A DNA stretch of 64,000 bases from Amphiscolops sp. MND2022 (lineage: Eukaryota). Made by a program: the position numbers and the translations under genes. Location of the stretch: contig OZ076413.1 of NCBI GenBank assembly GCA_964187785.1, forward strand, positions 63,736,001-63,800,000, read 5' to 3'. Positions 52,655 through 63,012 of this stretch are shown one piece after another (position 1 is the stretch's first letter; the number at the start of each line of letters is the position of its first letter). A model generated the notes under the pieces. The model did no database searches, was not told where the DNA came from, and saw only the letters and a program-made list of their open reading frames with translations.

Positions 52655-53377
52655 TTAGTTTTCAAAAAGTATAAAATTAATCTCAGTATCGGTTAGTTTC
52701 ATTCTATATTTAAGGTCAACAATATCTTTGTATTCATCTTTTTTTAAGGAAAACACGATATCTCCTCGCGTTGAATAGTCTAAGTCCGATAAATAATAAA
52801 CACCATCTGATGTTTGTATTTCTTTTCCGTATTTTTCCAACAAGTATTCATCACTAAAATATAAGTACTCATTAAAGATTTGGTCTATATTTTCAAATGA
52901 ATCAAACAATCCTTTGTTGTATAGTAATTGAATGGTATCTTTGACTGTTTGATTTTTACATTTTTGCAAGTCCGAGATAAGGTTTCTCTCAAAATGATTA
53001 CGTAAAATGGTTTGTTGTTCTTCCACTAACTTGGCAGCATCCAAAATTATTTCTTTTTTCTTTTCTAAAATTTTATTTTTAACATCTTTTGATAAGTATT
53101 TCAGGTTGATTTTCAAGTCTTCTATATTTTTATTTATGTGTAAGAATAACTTTGCATTGACTACTACCTTGGTTTCACCATCATCAAAATTAATTTCTTG
53201 TACACGCAATGCGCCTTCGGTATTTTGTAGGTTATCAGTCATACCATTTATGGTGCTTTGCATATCAATAAGTTTTATATTAAATAATTTGATTTGTGAT
53301 TCGAATTCTTTTTCAAGATTCTCAATCTTATCTTTTTGTAGGCTCTCGACACTATAACCAATTTTATGAATTGACAT
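52655..53377 (-). CDS. Hypothetical coiled-coil Polinton protein, 240 aa
   Basis: Long intact ORF; no catalytic motif recognised; contains the TEGALR motif. Confidence 0.6.
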   Translation of the reverse strand: MSIHKIGYSVESLQKDKIENLEKEFESQIKLFNIKLIDMQSTINGMTDNLQNTEGALRVQEINFDDGETKVVVNAKLFLHINKNIEDLKINLKYLSKDVKNKILEKKKEIILDAAKLVEEQQTILRNHFERNLISDLQKCKNQTVKDTIQLLYNKGLFDSFENIDQIFNEYLYFSDEYLLEKYGKEIQTSDGVYYLSDLDYSTRGDIVFSLKKDEYKDIVDLKYRMKLTDTEINFILFEN

Positions 53378-53630
53378 TATTTATTTAAATATAATTACTC
53401 ATAACGATGGAAAATATTCATACTTTCTAACGTTTTGTTGTTAGATTTAAAATTGTATATATTTCTTAAAAGTTCTTGTTCATAATATTTTCCTTCTATT
53501 TGTTCGTTGTTTTCATCTACTAAACCATACGTAACTGGGTTAGTTGGATTAATTTTATGTATTTTAAAAAGTTCTCTATTCCAATTTGTTGTATAACCTT
53601 TACTATATAAATTGCGTTTATCAGGAACTC

Positions 53631-54279
53631 TTACACTTGGAATTTGGGTTGTTTACGCAAAGCGCCTTCGGTGTTTTTAAACTTATTACGCAGAGCGCCT
53701 TCGGTATTGTGAGGTATTAGTTGATTGTTAGTTGACATTTCAAAAGGTGTCATCTTGGTAGTTCCATGGACTCGATTATTATATTTTTCCGTAGCAGCAT
53801 CTAGATGATTCAACCAGTTACCTTTTCCTTCAATGTACATTGGTTCTTTGATTAAGTCCAGAAGTGTTCTATTGAATCGTTCAACAAAGACAGCTTTTAA
53901 ATCTGAATTAGTTGAATAAATTTGAATTTCATTTTGTTTAAGAAAATCCAAAAACGTTTTATTATAAAACTCTTTACCTCTATCTGACCATATTTTATCA
54001 GGTTTTCTTTTTGCTTTTTCAATAAGACTTTTAAATGCAGTTGTTGTATTTCTTTCCTGATTTATCTTTAAGAGGAATTGCCCAAGCCTATTTAGTATGA
54101 TTATCATTTATTGTGAAAATAAACTTGTAGTTTTTGTTGTATTTTGCTAACCTAGACCTGTCTATCAGATCAATACTCCAACACTCATCTTTATAGTGAG
54201 TTTGTATTTGAATTCTTTGAAACTTTTTGATTACAGGAGAGAATAATTCTTCAGTAATTTCTTTCTTCTTTTCTTTCAT
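53631..54279 (-). pseudogene. Polinton retroviral-type (rve) integrase, frameshifted
   Basis: WSIDLID, IWSDRGKEFYN and KAVFVERFNRTL supply the D-D-E triad; split over ORFs 54088-54279 and 53631-54107. Confidence 0.92.
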
Positions 54280-54439
54280 TTATTTATTGTTTAGAATTTT
54301 TTCTTGTTAATGAATATAACAGTTGAAAGTCGTATTTTTATCACTGAGGGTGATTCCTAATGACTATTAGTTATTCTTAGTTATTCTTAGTGATCCTTAG
54401 TAAATCTTAATGATTTTTAGTGATTTTTTTACTAGATAA

Positions 54440-54655
54440 ATGAAGTGTATAATTTGTGGAAAAAGTAATGAAAAATCTGTCTGCTCCGATTGTGAGAATA
54501 AAAAAAGATGTAAAGAATGTAATACATTGAAAACAGATTTTTACAAATTTAAAAATGATAAATTGTATAGTACATGCATAGAATGTTTCAATAAAAAAGT
54601 AAAATGTGAATTCTGTGATAAAAAATTCAATAAAACCTATTTACAAAACATTTAA
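54440..54655 (+). CDS. Small Cys-rich zinc-finger ORF, probably a frameshifted N-terminus of the downstream ATPase gene
   Basis: Multiple CxxC pairs (CIIC, CSDC, CKEC, CIEC, CEFC). Confidence 0.5.
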   Translation: MKCIICGKSNEKSVCSDCENKKRCKECNTLKTDFYKFKNDKLYSTCIECFNKKVKCEFCDKKFNKTYLQNI

Positions 54656-54698
54656 AAAGATGTATTATTAATCATGATAATATTAATTATACAAATAA

Positions 54699-55424
54699 TA
54701 CCGTAATACCGAAGGTGTTTCGCGTATTATAAATCATAATGATGAAAATCATGAAAATAATATTATAAATAATAATGATGAAAATAATAATGATGAAAAT
54801 AATACCGGAGGCCAGCAAAGATGTAATAGAACATTAATAGTTGGCCCATCATTTTGTGGTGAGACTCATTTGCTAATAAATAAATTACAATTAATTCGAT
54901 TATATGATAAAGAAAAAGAAATACATATAATAACTAGATCTCCAAATCAAAATGAAGATTTTGAATTAGAAGACACCGAAGGCGCTTTGCGTATAGTAAT
55001 AGAAGAATATTTAGAAGATAAAGGTATACAAGATTTTCAAAATTGTTGTGTTGTATTTGATGATATGTTGGATAGTAATCAAAAACTAATAGATCCATTT
55101 TTCACTAGAGGAAGACATAATGATTTAGATGTTCATTATTTAGCACAATCATATTTCGATTTGCCTAAACGCACCATACGCAATAATAGTAATATCATAA
55201 TTTTATTTCAACAAACATTGAAAGATGTTGAACATATATACAGAGATATTGCTGGTTTTGATATGTCTTATGATGAATTCAAAGGTTTGTGCAGAGAGGC
55301 ATGGAAAAAATACAACTATTTATTATTAAACAGGTTAGAAGATAAAAATGGGAGTAGGTATAAAATATGTATTGAATCTAATCCAGAGTATAAAATCTTT
55401 AATCCACGAACGGAAACTTTCTAA
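54699..55424 (+). pseudogene. A32/FtsK-like genome packaging ATPase
   Basis: In-frame upstream LIVGPSFCGETH (Walker A with Lys read as Glu); Walker B CCVVFDDML; FTRGRHN arginine motif; LAQSYFDLPK. Confidence 0.88.
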
Positions 55425-55430
55425 ACAAAA

Positions 55431-55736
55431 TTAATCTTTTGAACACATAATTTCTTCTTTTAGGTTCTTCATATCTTTGTCTAGTTTTTGTCCTAGTTGT
55501 TCAAAGCAGTTCCAAATCATTTCTGATAGACTTTCCAACTTTAATCTAAGTTGAAAATTTTCTTTTCTCAATTCTTGAATTTCTTTTTTCAATTCATTGA
55601 ATTGATTATCTTTAGATGGATTATCCATTTCATTGGATTGATTATGGTTTGATTTATTTTCAAAATTTTTTTTCTCAATTCTTGAATTTCGTTTTTCAAT
55701 CCATTGGATTGATAATCCATTAATATTTATATACAT
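55431..55736 (-). CDS. Small coiled-coil/leucine-zipper-like Polinton ORF
   Basis: ELKKEIQELRKENFQLRLKLESL heptads. Confidence 0.45.
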   Translation of the reverse strand: MYININGLSIQWIEKRNSRIEKKNFENKSNHNQSNEMDNPSKDNQFNELKKEIQELRKENFQLRLKLESLSEMIWNCFEQLGQKLDKDMKNLKEEIMCSKD

Positions 55737-57145
55737 ATTTAAATTTAATCAAAATGCTGAAACAATATTTTGGTGTTGATTTGTAGTAATACCATTACAG
55801 TGCATCTGCAAGCTAAATCGCTACAGACACATTTCTGTGCCTGTAGGCCCTCCGATTCCGCAGACATGTCTTAAAGCGTGCAAAATTGGCAATTTAGCAC
55901 TGATTTTGCGGAATCCACGCCACGAAAATCGGCGTTTTTCGGAATCCGAGGGCATGGGTTAATACGTTAGCCGGTTTCATTTTGCGGAAACTGGGACCAA
56001 AAATATGCCGACAAATGCCGACAAGATGCCGCCAAATTCGTGTCTTGGATTCCACAAAGTGCATTACAACCAATCAGATGGCTGCAAATTTTAGCGTCTT
56101 AGTTTCCACTTACATTTAAATTAGCTGAAATCAAATTTAATAAGCCGGAGAGTAAATACAAAGTCAATTACCACAAACAATTTGAAATCAATGTCTCCCT
56201 TTCCGTAAAACTGTCGGCTTCTCTTCCTTTCATCCATACTATACTATACTACTATACTATGGTACTACAATTATACCAACTGCATTTGAGTTTGAAAAAA
56301 TGAAATTTGAAAATGAATTTGAAAAAACGAAAAAGGCAAATTTCTTTCAACACTTTACTAAAGTGCAAAATATTTATACTGATTGTCTTTAGTGATATAC
56401 AATAGTGAAATACATTTATACCAACTGGAATCAATTATTTTAAAATGAAACTTTCATTTTAAAAATTAGTGCAAGTCGGGGGAATTTGGTTCCAATCGTG
56501 GGTCGAATCGTAAAGCTGTTTAAATGAAAAAAATGAAAATTTGATTGAAATAGTCAATTAGAATGCAATTGAAAAGATTCAGGTTACTTGTACTATACTT
56601 AACTATAAAGTTCACTATACTATACTGGATTATTTCTATACTATAGTGATACACAAGAGTGAAATAGTACATTTATACTGAAATAAATTTTAATTTATAC
56701 TGGAAAATGAAAAATTTATTTGAATAATCAGAGTGGAGAAAAGGGGAGATTTTGGTTCCAATCGTGGGTCGAATCTGAGCAAAATTAATCAAAATGATAT
56801 CGATTTGAACGATATTTGAAACAACTATAGATTTTCTGTTTATTGATCGTTTTGGGTGTGAAAAGGAAAGCATTCAATAATGTATTATGCTTCAGGTTTA
56901 GAGGAAAAAACTCTACTGAATTTTATCAAGATTCGAGGCGAAGAATAAACAGCAAAAGATTAAACTTTTTCGTATTCGAATATTTTTTTCGATTGTTTTC
57001 TAGAACATTCTCGAATTTTTACGGTCATCGAGAAACTGCTTTTTATTTGCTTTTAAACTTATTGCTTGTCAACAATTAGATATTAGAACAGATATGATTG
57101 TTATTGCCTTATCGGTCATGGCTTGAAAGTTCACAGTTTCAACCG

Positions 57146-57325
57146 TGGCTCACCAGCGTCGCGTATCAGCGGCTCGTATCAAAATCTTTACTGTTACAAT
57201 CGTGAGTAATTTCCTTGCTAATCAGCGGCGCGTATCAGCAACTCGTACCAAACTGATTACTGTTCCAACTGTGGGCGATTCCTATTGGCTAATCAGCGGC
57301 TCGTATCAGCGGCGCGTATCACAGC
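57146..57325 (+). promoter_or_regulatory. CpG-rich 13-bp repeat array upstream of the ZnF-JmjC gene
   Basis: Six CAGCGGC(G/T)CGTAT-like units in three tandem pairs, ~200-390 bp upstream of the ATG. Confidence 0.4.
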
Positions 57326-57530
57326 AACTGACCGATTGCTAACTGACCGGCAGTTTTCATTGTCAAACTTGTTTTCCTACCGTTCGGACTGTTAACTGAA
57401 TAACAAGCCAGAATCTCCCATTGAATTTCTCTTTGATTCTCTCAACAACTCAAAGTTCTGCAGACATCCAACAGCCAGCAGCCGATACTACCCTCAGCCA
57501 ATCAACGGATATAACCCGAAGCCAATCATA

Positions 57531-60500
57531 ATGGTAAGTTGACTTATTCGTTTTCGGAAATAAATTTTTGGTTGAAAAATTGTCGATTAGGTACCAAATA
57601 ACATAAGAGCAAATAGCATCAAAACAAAATTAGGTTCAAATATCTTAAAAATGAAACTTTCTCGTGAACAATTGTATTTTTATGTTTTGTCAAACTCATT
57701 TCATTTTTGTTATTTGAAACTAATTTCGTTTTTATGTTATTTGCTCTTAGGTTATTTGGGAATTCACCAAATTGTCTTTGTATTGATTTTGATTATGGAT
57801 TTTATGGAATAAACAAAAGTATTCAGAGCGTCAAAATTAAAGTTAGCTATTCCTTGCGTCTTGAGTTCTACTTGTTTCAATTTTAATCCCAAATTCCAAA
57901 AAACTGTTTTTGGATTTTATCAGGAAATTATCAGTTTAAAATCAACTGCCCCTTTGGGTCGTTAGAAAAGCCCCCCACCTGTAATTGATTTTACAATTCA
58001 GAAGCAGATTCTGGTAAGTTGTAAATATTAATATTGTTTTTTTGGAAAAGTTTGTTAATATTTTTTTAAAAGGTAAGTTGTAAAACTTTTATTTAATAAT
58101 AACTGGGGGACTTAAATTGATGGGGGGATGAGCCGGAAAGATCCAAACTTTCTCGTAAACAATTTTGGCTTCGTTATTTGAACTAATTCAAATTTCAAGT
58201 TATTTGCTCTTGTTATTTTGGAATTCACATTTTCAAGTTGTTACAGCCGAAATCGAAGAAAACAGCTGCTTCTGAGCAAAGTACTTCTGAGCAAGCTCCC
58301 GGACCCAGCGGACCCAGTAGATCCAGCACTTCGCAGAACATTAGATCCCGCATGGACTCATCTGACTCATCATCAGAACTCTTCCTTGGTAAGTCGTTAA
58401 TTCCTGCGTTACTTTTTCTTGACTATCAGTGAAAAAGGTCAAAAACTATCAAACTGCTGAAACGGGTAAATTCAACTGCGAAGGTGAAAAATGTTTGAAG
58501 TTTTGATGAACGTTTTTTTACTTTATCTGGATTTATCTGTATTGAAATTTCGAGGCTGTATGAACAGGGGTGTTCAAAAAATAATTTTTGAATATATTCA
58601 CATTTTTTGTATATATTTTCATCTTTGTTTTATTACTCAGGTCATCTCTGCACAGTCGGTGCTTGCGACCATTATGCCCCCACTCGAGAAGCCCTTGCTG
58701 TTCACGCCCGCACTTGCCCAGGTTTGCCAGAAAACCGAAAACGACAACTCTGTGACGAATTTCGAGATACAACTCCGCCACCTAAAAAACGTAAGACTTC
58801 CATTTACTCGTTCTTTTACTCGTTTTGACAATTCCAATTAACAAGCGACAACCTCCATTTTTTTGTTATTTAAAATGGAATGATAAATAATTTGACAAAT
58901 CAAACATCACGTGGATCAAAATATCTTGTATACCATTTATGAAAGTTTTGAGCAATCTAAATGAAACCTATCATTTTTGTAACTCGTGGAAAACAATCTG
59001 ATTTTGGTATGTATATTGTATGTATAGGTTGGATTTTTATTTGACTTCATCTCGTATAATTCAAAAGGCTATGTTTAGGTTTCCCGTGTCCGAATTGCGA
59101 CTACGTTGCTGGAAGAAAATGGCACTTAACCCGTCATCTTCCCGGATGCAAAAGTGTCAGCAAGCAGGAACAAGTTGCCCAGAATTTGACGTGCGAGAAA
59201 TGTGGTCAGATTTTCACGACCAAAAAAAGTAAAGAGCGCCATCAAAGAAGAGCCAAATATTGCACGAAACAACAAGAAAAGATTGCTGCTGGAGAAGAAG
59301 TCAGAATGTACCAATACCGTTAGTGTTAAGATTGTTTCCAGAATTTTTTTCCGTGTTTTGAAATATTTTACGGTCTTGAACCGATTATCGTATGCAATAG
59401 AAAAAGAAGGACAATGTTTTTTTGATGTGAAAGGAAAGGTCTAAAAACACAAATTTTCGGAAAGGATTTTGCTTCCTTCAATCATGGGTCATACCATGAA
59501 AGCATTCATAAAATCTTTGTGAAGATTTTTGGTTCCAATCATGGGTCATACCATGAATGAAATTCATGAGAAAAAAGTTTGCCAAAATTTTTGCCAGTGG
59601 ACATTCATTTGATAAATTGTCTTTGAAATTACAGAAGCTGCGAGAGGAAAAAGAAGAAGCCGTCACTTCTGCATTTCGTGTGGGACCTCATTCGGGTACG
59701 GCTACAGCCTGAGGAACCACATCGCGAGATCAGTCAAATGTCAAATTGCCCAACCACCGATGCCACTTGATTTGACATTCAATTCTGGGACTCCAGCGGC
59801 CCCATTTGGCACCCAAGAACACTTCGCATTTTGCGAAAACGTGCCTCTGGAATGTCAATTTTCCTACGCTGAGTGGCAGGGTCCCCATGACAATCAAACC
59901 GAACACCTTGGTCACCTTCTTCGACATGGTGTCCCCTTGATTTGGAGAAATGGAGCCAAGCACTGCGCAGGACTGAAAATCCCAAACTTCTCCGCGAAAA
60001 AAGGCTTCGTCGCGGAGATCAAACGGCTTCTGCGACCGGTCAACCTTGCTGAACCTGATGCTCCAATTGAAGTCAAGTCAGCCAGAATCGGAGAGGTAAA
60101 AAACGCTTTTACTCGTTTGAACCATGTTTAGCATTTAGTAAAAACCGAATTTAGTTGTTCCAAAACACAAACCATGGGTATACCCCTTCAAGTGATGTTC
60201 TGCAATGTATTAGGATTTGTATTTGGTTTCCACGCCGTGTGTTTAAAGATATGGTCTTGTTTTCCGCATAGCATTCTTTGAGTAATTCAATTCAAACTTA
60301 AAAGCGTGGAAACTAGGACATTCATGGTGACGCGCAATAATGTGTATACCCCTTTGAGTGAAAGTTCGCAATGTATTAGGATTTGTATCTGGTTTCCACG
60401 CCATGTGTTTAAAGATATGGTCTTGCTTTCCGCATTGCATTCTTTGAGCAAGTCAAATTATATTGAAAATCCGTGGAAACTGGGACAGTTATGTCGAGTT

Positions 60501-62383
60501 CGTTTTGGTACCAATCCAGGTCCAATCTACCTGTGACAAGTACACTGTTGATAACAAGAATTAGAACCTTGCCTAGCATCATTTATTAAATTTTTTTGCA
60601 GACACGAAACATGACGTATGACGAGTTTTTCGTGGAGCTGGCCAACTGTCATCCAGGCAGTCGGTATTACCCTCTAAACGTCATCGATGTCAGGACACTC
60701 CCCAAGGCCATATACACAGTACCCAAGATGGTGGCTGACAACTCCATCAACCATTTGGCCGACAGGGAGATCGGGAAGTCGAGAACCGAGCCTTACTCTT
60801 GTTCTACTTCCTATTATGTCCTGGTCACTCAAGATTCTGCGCACACGACGTGGCATCAGGATTATTCTTCGACGTCTGTGTTTTACACAGTTCTAACTGG
60901 AGAGAAGATTTTCTTCTTAGTGAAACCGTCGAAGAACAATCTCAGCATTTTTGAAAGATGGTCGAATTCTGAGAACGACACTACGTAAGTAACAAAACTT
61001 AACTAATACACCAACTTTATTGTCTTCAAGTACACTGTTCTATTTTCAAAAACAAACACTTATGCTTTTTGACTAACATTTTTTGGTGATGGAAAACAAC
61101 AAGCAAGCATTTGACGTCTCTTTTCAAATATTTAAACTTTTTTCTAGTTTACTTCTATTGATGTCAAAAAATTAGAAAAGCAACTTCGATGTACTTTCAG
61201 GCCAACATTCTTCGGGAACATCGACCAGCTGGAAGAGGGATGTTTGCGGTTGCATGTCACAGCTGGAGATGTTCTAGTCATGCCCGCAAATTTCCTCCAC
61301 TTTGTTCTTACGAAAGGCAATGCCATTTCGTTGGGAACAAACTTCCTGGCGTTCGGGCACCTGCCAATGATAAGACACTCAATCATCGTCGAGTTCCCGA
61401 GAAGATCCGATGACAAGTTCCCTGATCTTCCAGAGATGTTGGTACTTCTGATGTACCGTATTGCCGAAAAGCTGTGCCCTCGACTCTGTCGACGCCTGGT
61501 GTCGATGTACAGCACAGTGCAATCACTATACAATGAACACGCCGCCCGTGAAGTAAGATTGTTAAGCCTTCAGTCTTGTTAGGTCACAAAACTTCAATTT
61601 TCCATTTTTCCATTTTCAAACATCTCCATTTTGGTTCCAATCGAGGGTCATTTTCTAGTTCAAAAAGTTAGGTGAAGTAAGATTGTTAAGCCTTCAGTTT
61701 TGTTTGGTAACAAAACTTCTATTTTCCATTTTCAATCATTTCCATTTTGGTTCCAATCGAGGGTCATTTTCTAGTTCAAAAACTTATGGTTCTGAACAAG
61801 TCTTGCTTTTTTCAATTGGTCATTCTCTACATTCATGTCTAACTGATATACATGCAAGTAAAACACAACTGAAAGAAATTTTGTGCTTCTAAGTCAATAA
61901 ACAAGAACTATACTAAAAATGTTTCGGATTTTTCAATTGAAAATTTGCTCTCCAGGTTGAAAGTTTGATTTTTACGTTTTACAGGTGCTACCCGATTTCA
62001 GTCCTGAAAGACTTCACATCGTATTGGGCAAAAAAAGAGCTTCAGTGACACTGCGTGAGACACCAAGCAGCAGTCGCAGTTATTTGAGCGAGCATCCCGA
62101 AAAGAATACTGACCCCAGTAAGGCTCTTACTGTTCCAGAGCATGTGCCTATCGCTGTTGACCCCTACACGAAAACCTACGAGGAAGTAATGACGACAACG
62201 GATCTACTAGAACTCGAGTCAAAACCCGCAATGATGGTTACCCATGTTAAAGGCAAGGGAAGAACTGTCTTGCCGGCAAAGATGGTAGATCCATCTTTGC
62301 ACCCGAAACGCTGTCCTCTTGCTGCTGCCATTACGGGAATCCGCTCAATCCCCCTTGAACTAGATATTTTAGATTTAGATTAA
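57531..62383 (+). CDS. Multi-exon gene: four CCHC zinc fingers + KDM2/KDM7-type JmjC dioxygenase (putative histone demethylase), ~713 aa
   Basis: Exons 57531-57533, 58002-58013, 58247-58388, 58641-58790, 59079-59318, 59635-60095, 60602-60984, 61201-61552, 61985-62383. All introns are GT-AG, phases are compatible, and the total is 2142 nt without an internal stop. JmjC motifs AHTTWHQDYSSTSVFYTVLTGEKIFFLVKP and GDVLVMPANFLHFVLT...LGTNFL. Confidence 0.85.
60181..60487. repeat. ~166-bp tandem repeat in intron 6, also present at ~62625-62812
   Basis: GGAAAC.AGGACATT.ATGGT.ACGCGCAATAATGTGTATACCCCTT.GAGTGAAAGTTCGCAATGTATT... is shared between the two sites. Confidence 0.85.
61550..61785. repeat. 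~120-bp tandem duplication that copies the exon-8 splice donor
   Basis: GTGAAGTAAGATTGTTAAGCCTTCAGT...TTGGTTCCAATCGAGGGTCATTTTCTAGTTCAAAA occurs twice. Confidence 0.8.
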
Positions 62384-63012
62384 ACTGTAGATTCAGATTT
62401 AGATTTTCAGTATCATACAAATAAATGACAAAACTTACAATCTGTTTTATTTAGTGACGAGCGCAAGAAGTTTAATTGGAAAACGAATTGAAAAAAAATA
62501 CTCAATTGTTCAAAACATGCTTTGAAACGTTTGGACGTCTACTGCAATTATTTCCAAGAATATGCAAGAATAATAGGAGAAAAATCAGGAGTATACCTCA
62601 ACAGTGAATTTCCGCTAGGTAAAAACGCAATGGAAACCAGGACATTTATGGTAACGCGCAATAATGTGTATACCCCTTCGAGTGAAAGTTCGCAATGTAT
62701 TAAGATTTGTATTTGGTTTCCACGCCATGTGTTTAGAGATATGGTCTTGTTTTCCGCATTGCATTCTTTGAGTAAGTCAATTCAAACTTGAAACCGTGGA
62801 AACTAGGACATTTGTGGCAATGCGCATTCAACCAAAACAGACGAAAGTTTCCCGAAACGGAGCCCAATATTGTGTGCTTTTTGGCACCAATTTATATGTA
62901 AAACTAGTTTCGTAGGAGCATCACATTAAACCTAATTAAAATACTCATTTTTGAAGAATTTATTGAATAGTTTCAAGTTCGGGTAACATATGAATTAGAA
63001 GAGAACAGTAAA

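Larger units (their letters stand above)
45703..55790. mobile_element. Polinton/Maverick (adintovirus-like) endogenous element, decayed, right terminus not found
   Basis: pPolB, MCP, retroviral-type integrase and A32/FtsK-like ATPase co-occur in a very AT-rich block. The left end starts AGTAGG... with repetitive TIR-like sequence (45703-46100). Confidence 0.9.

Noticed and set aside
55790-55805. RSS-like heptamer (TACAGTG vs CACAGTG) as proof of a Transib/RAG terminus
   Set aside because: It has one mismatch, no partner end is visible, and it fits TA+CAGTG of Tc1-type ends equally well. Kept only as a candidate boundary.
56237-56275. (ACTAT)n run as a telomeric or functional repeat
   Set aside because: It is a short ordinary microsatellite.
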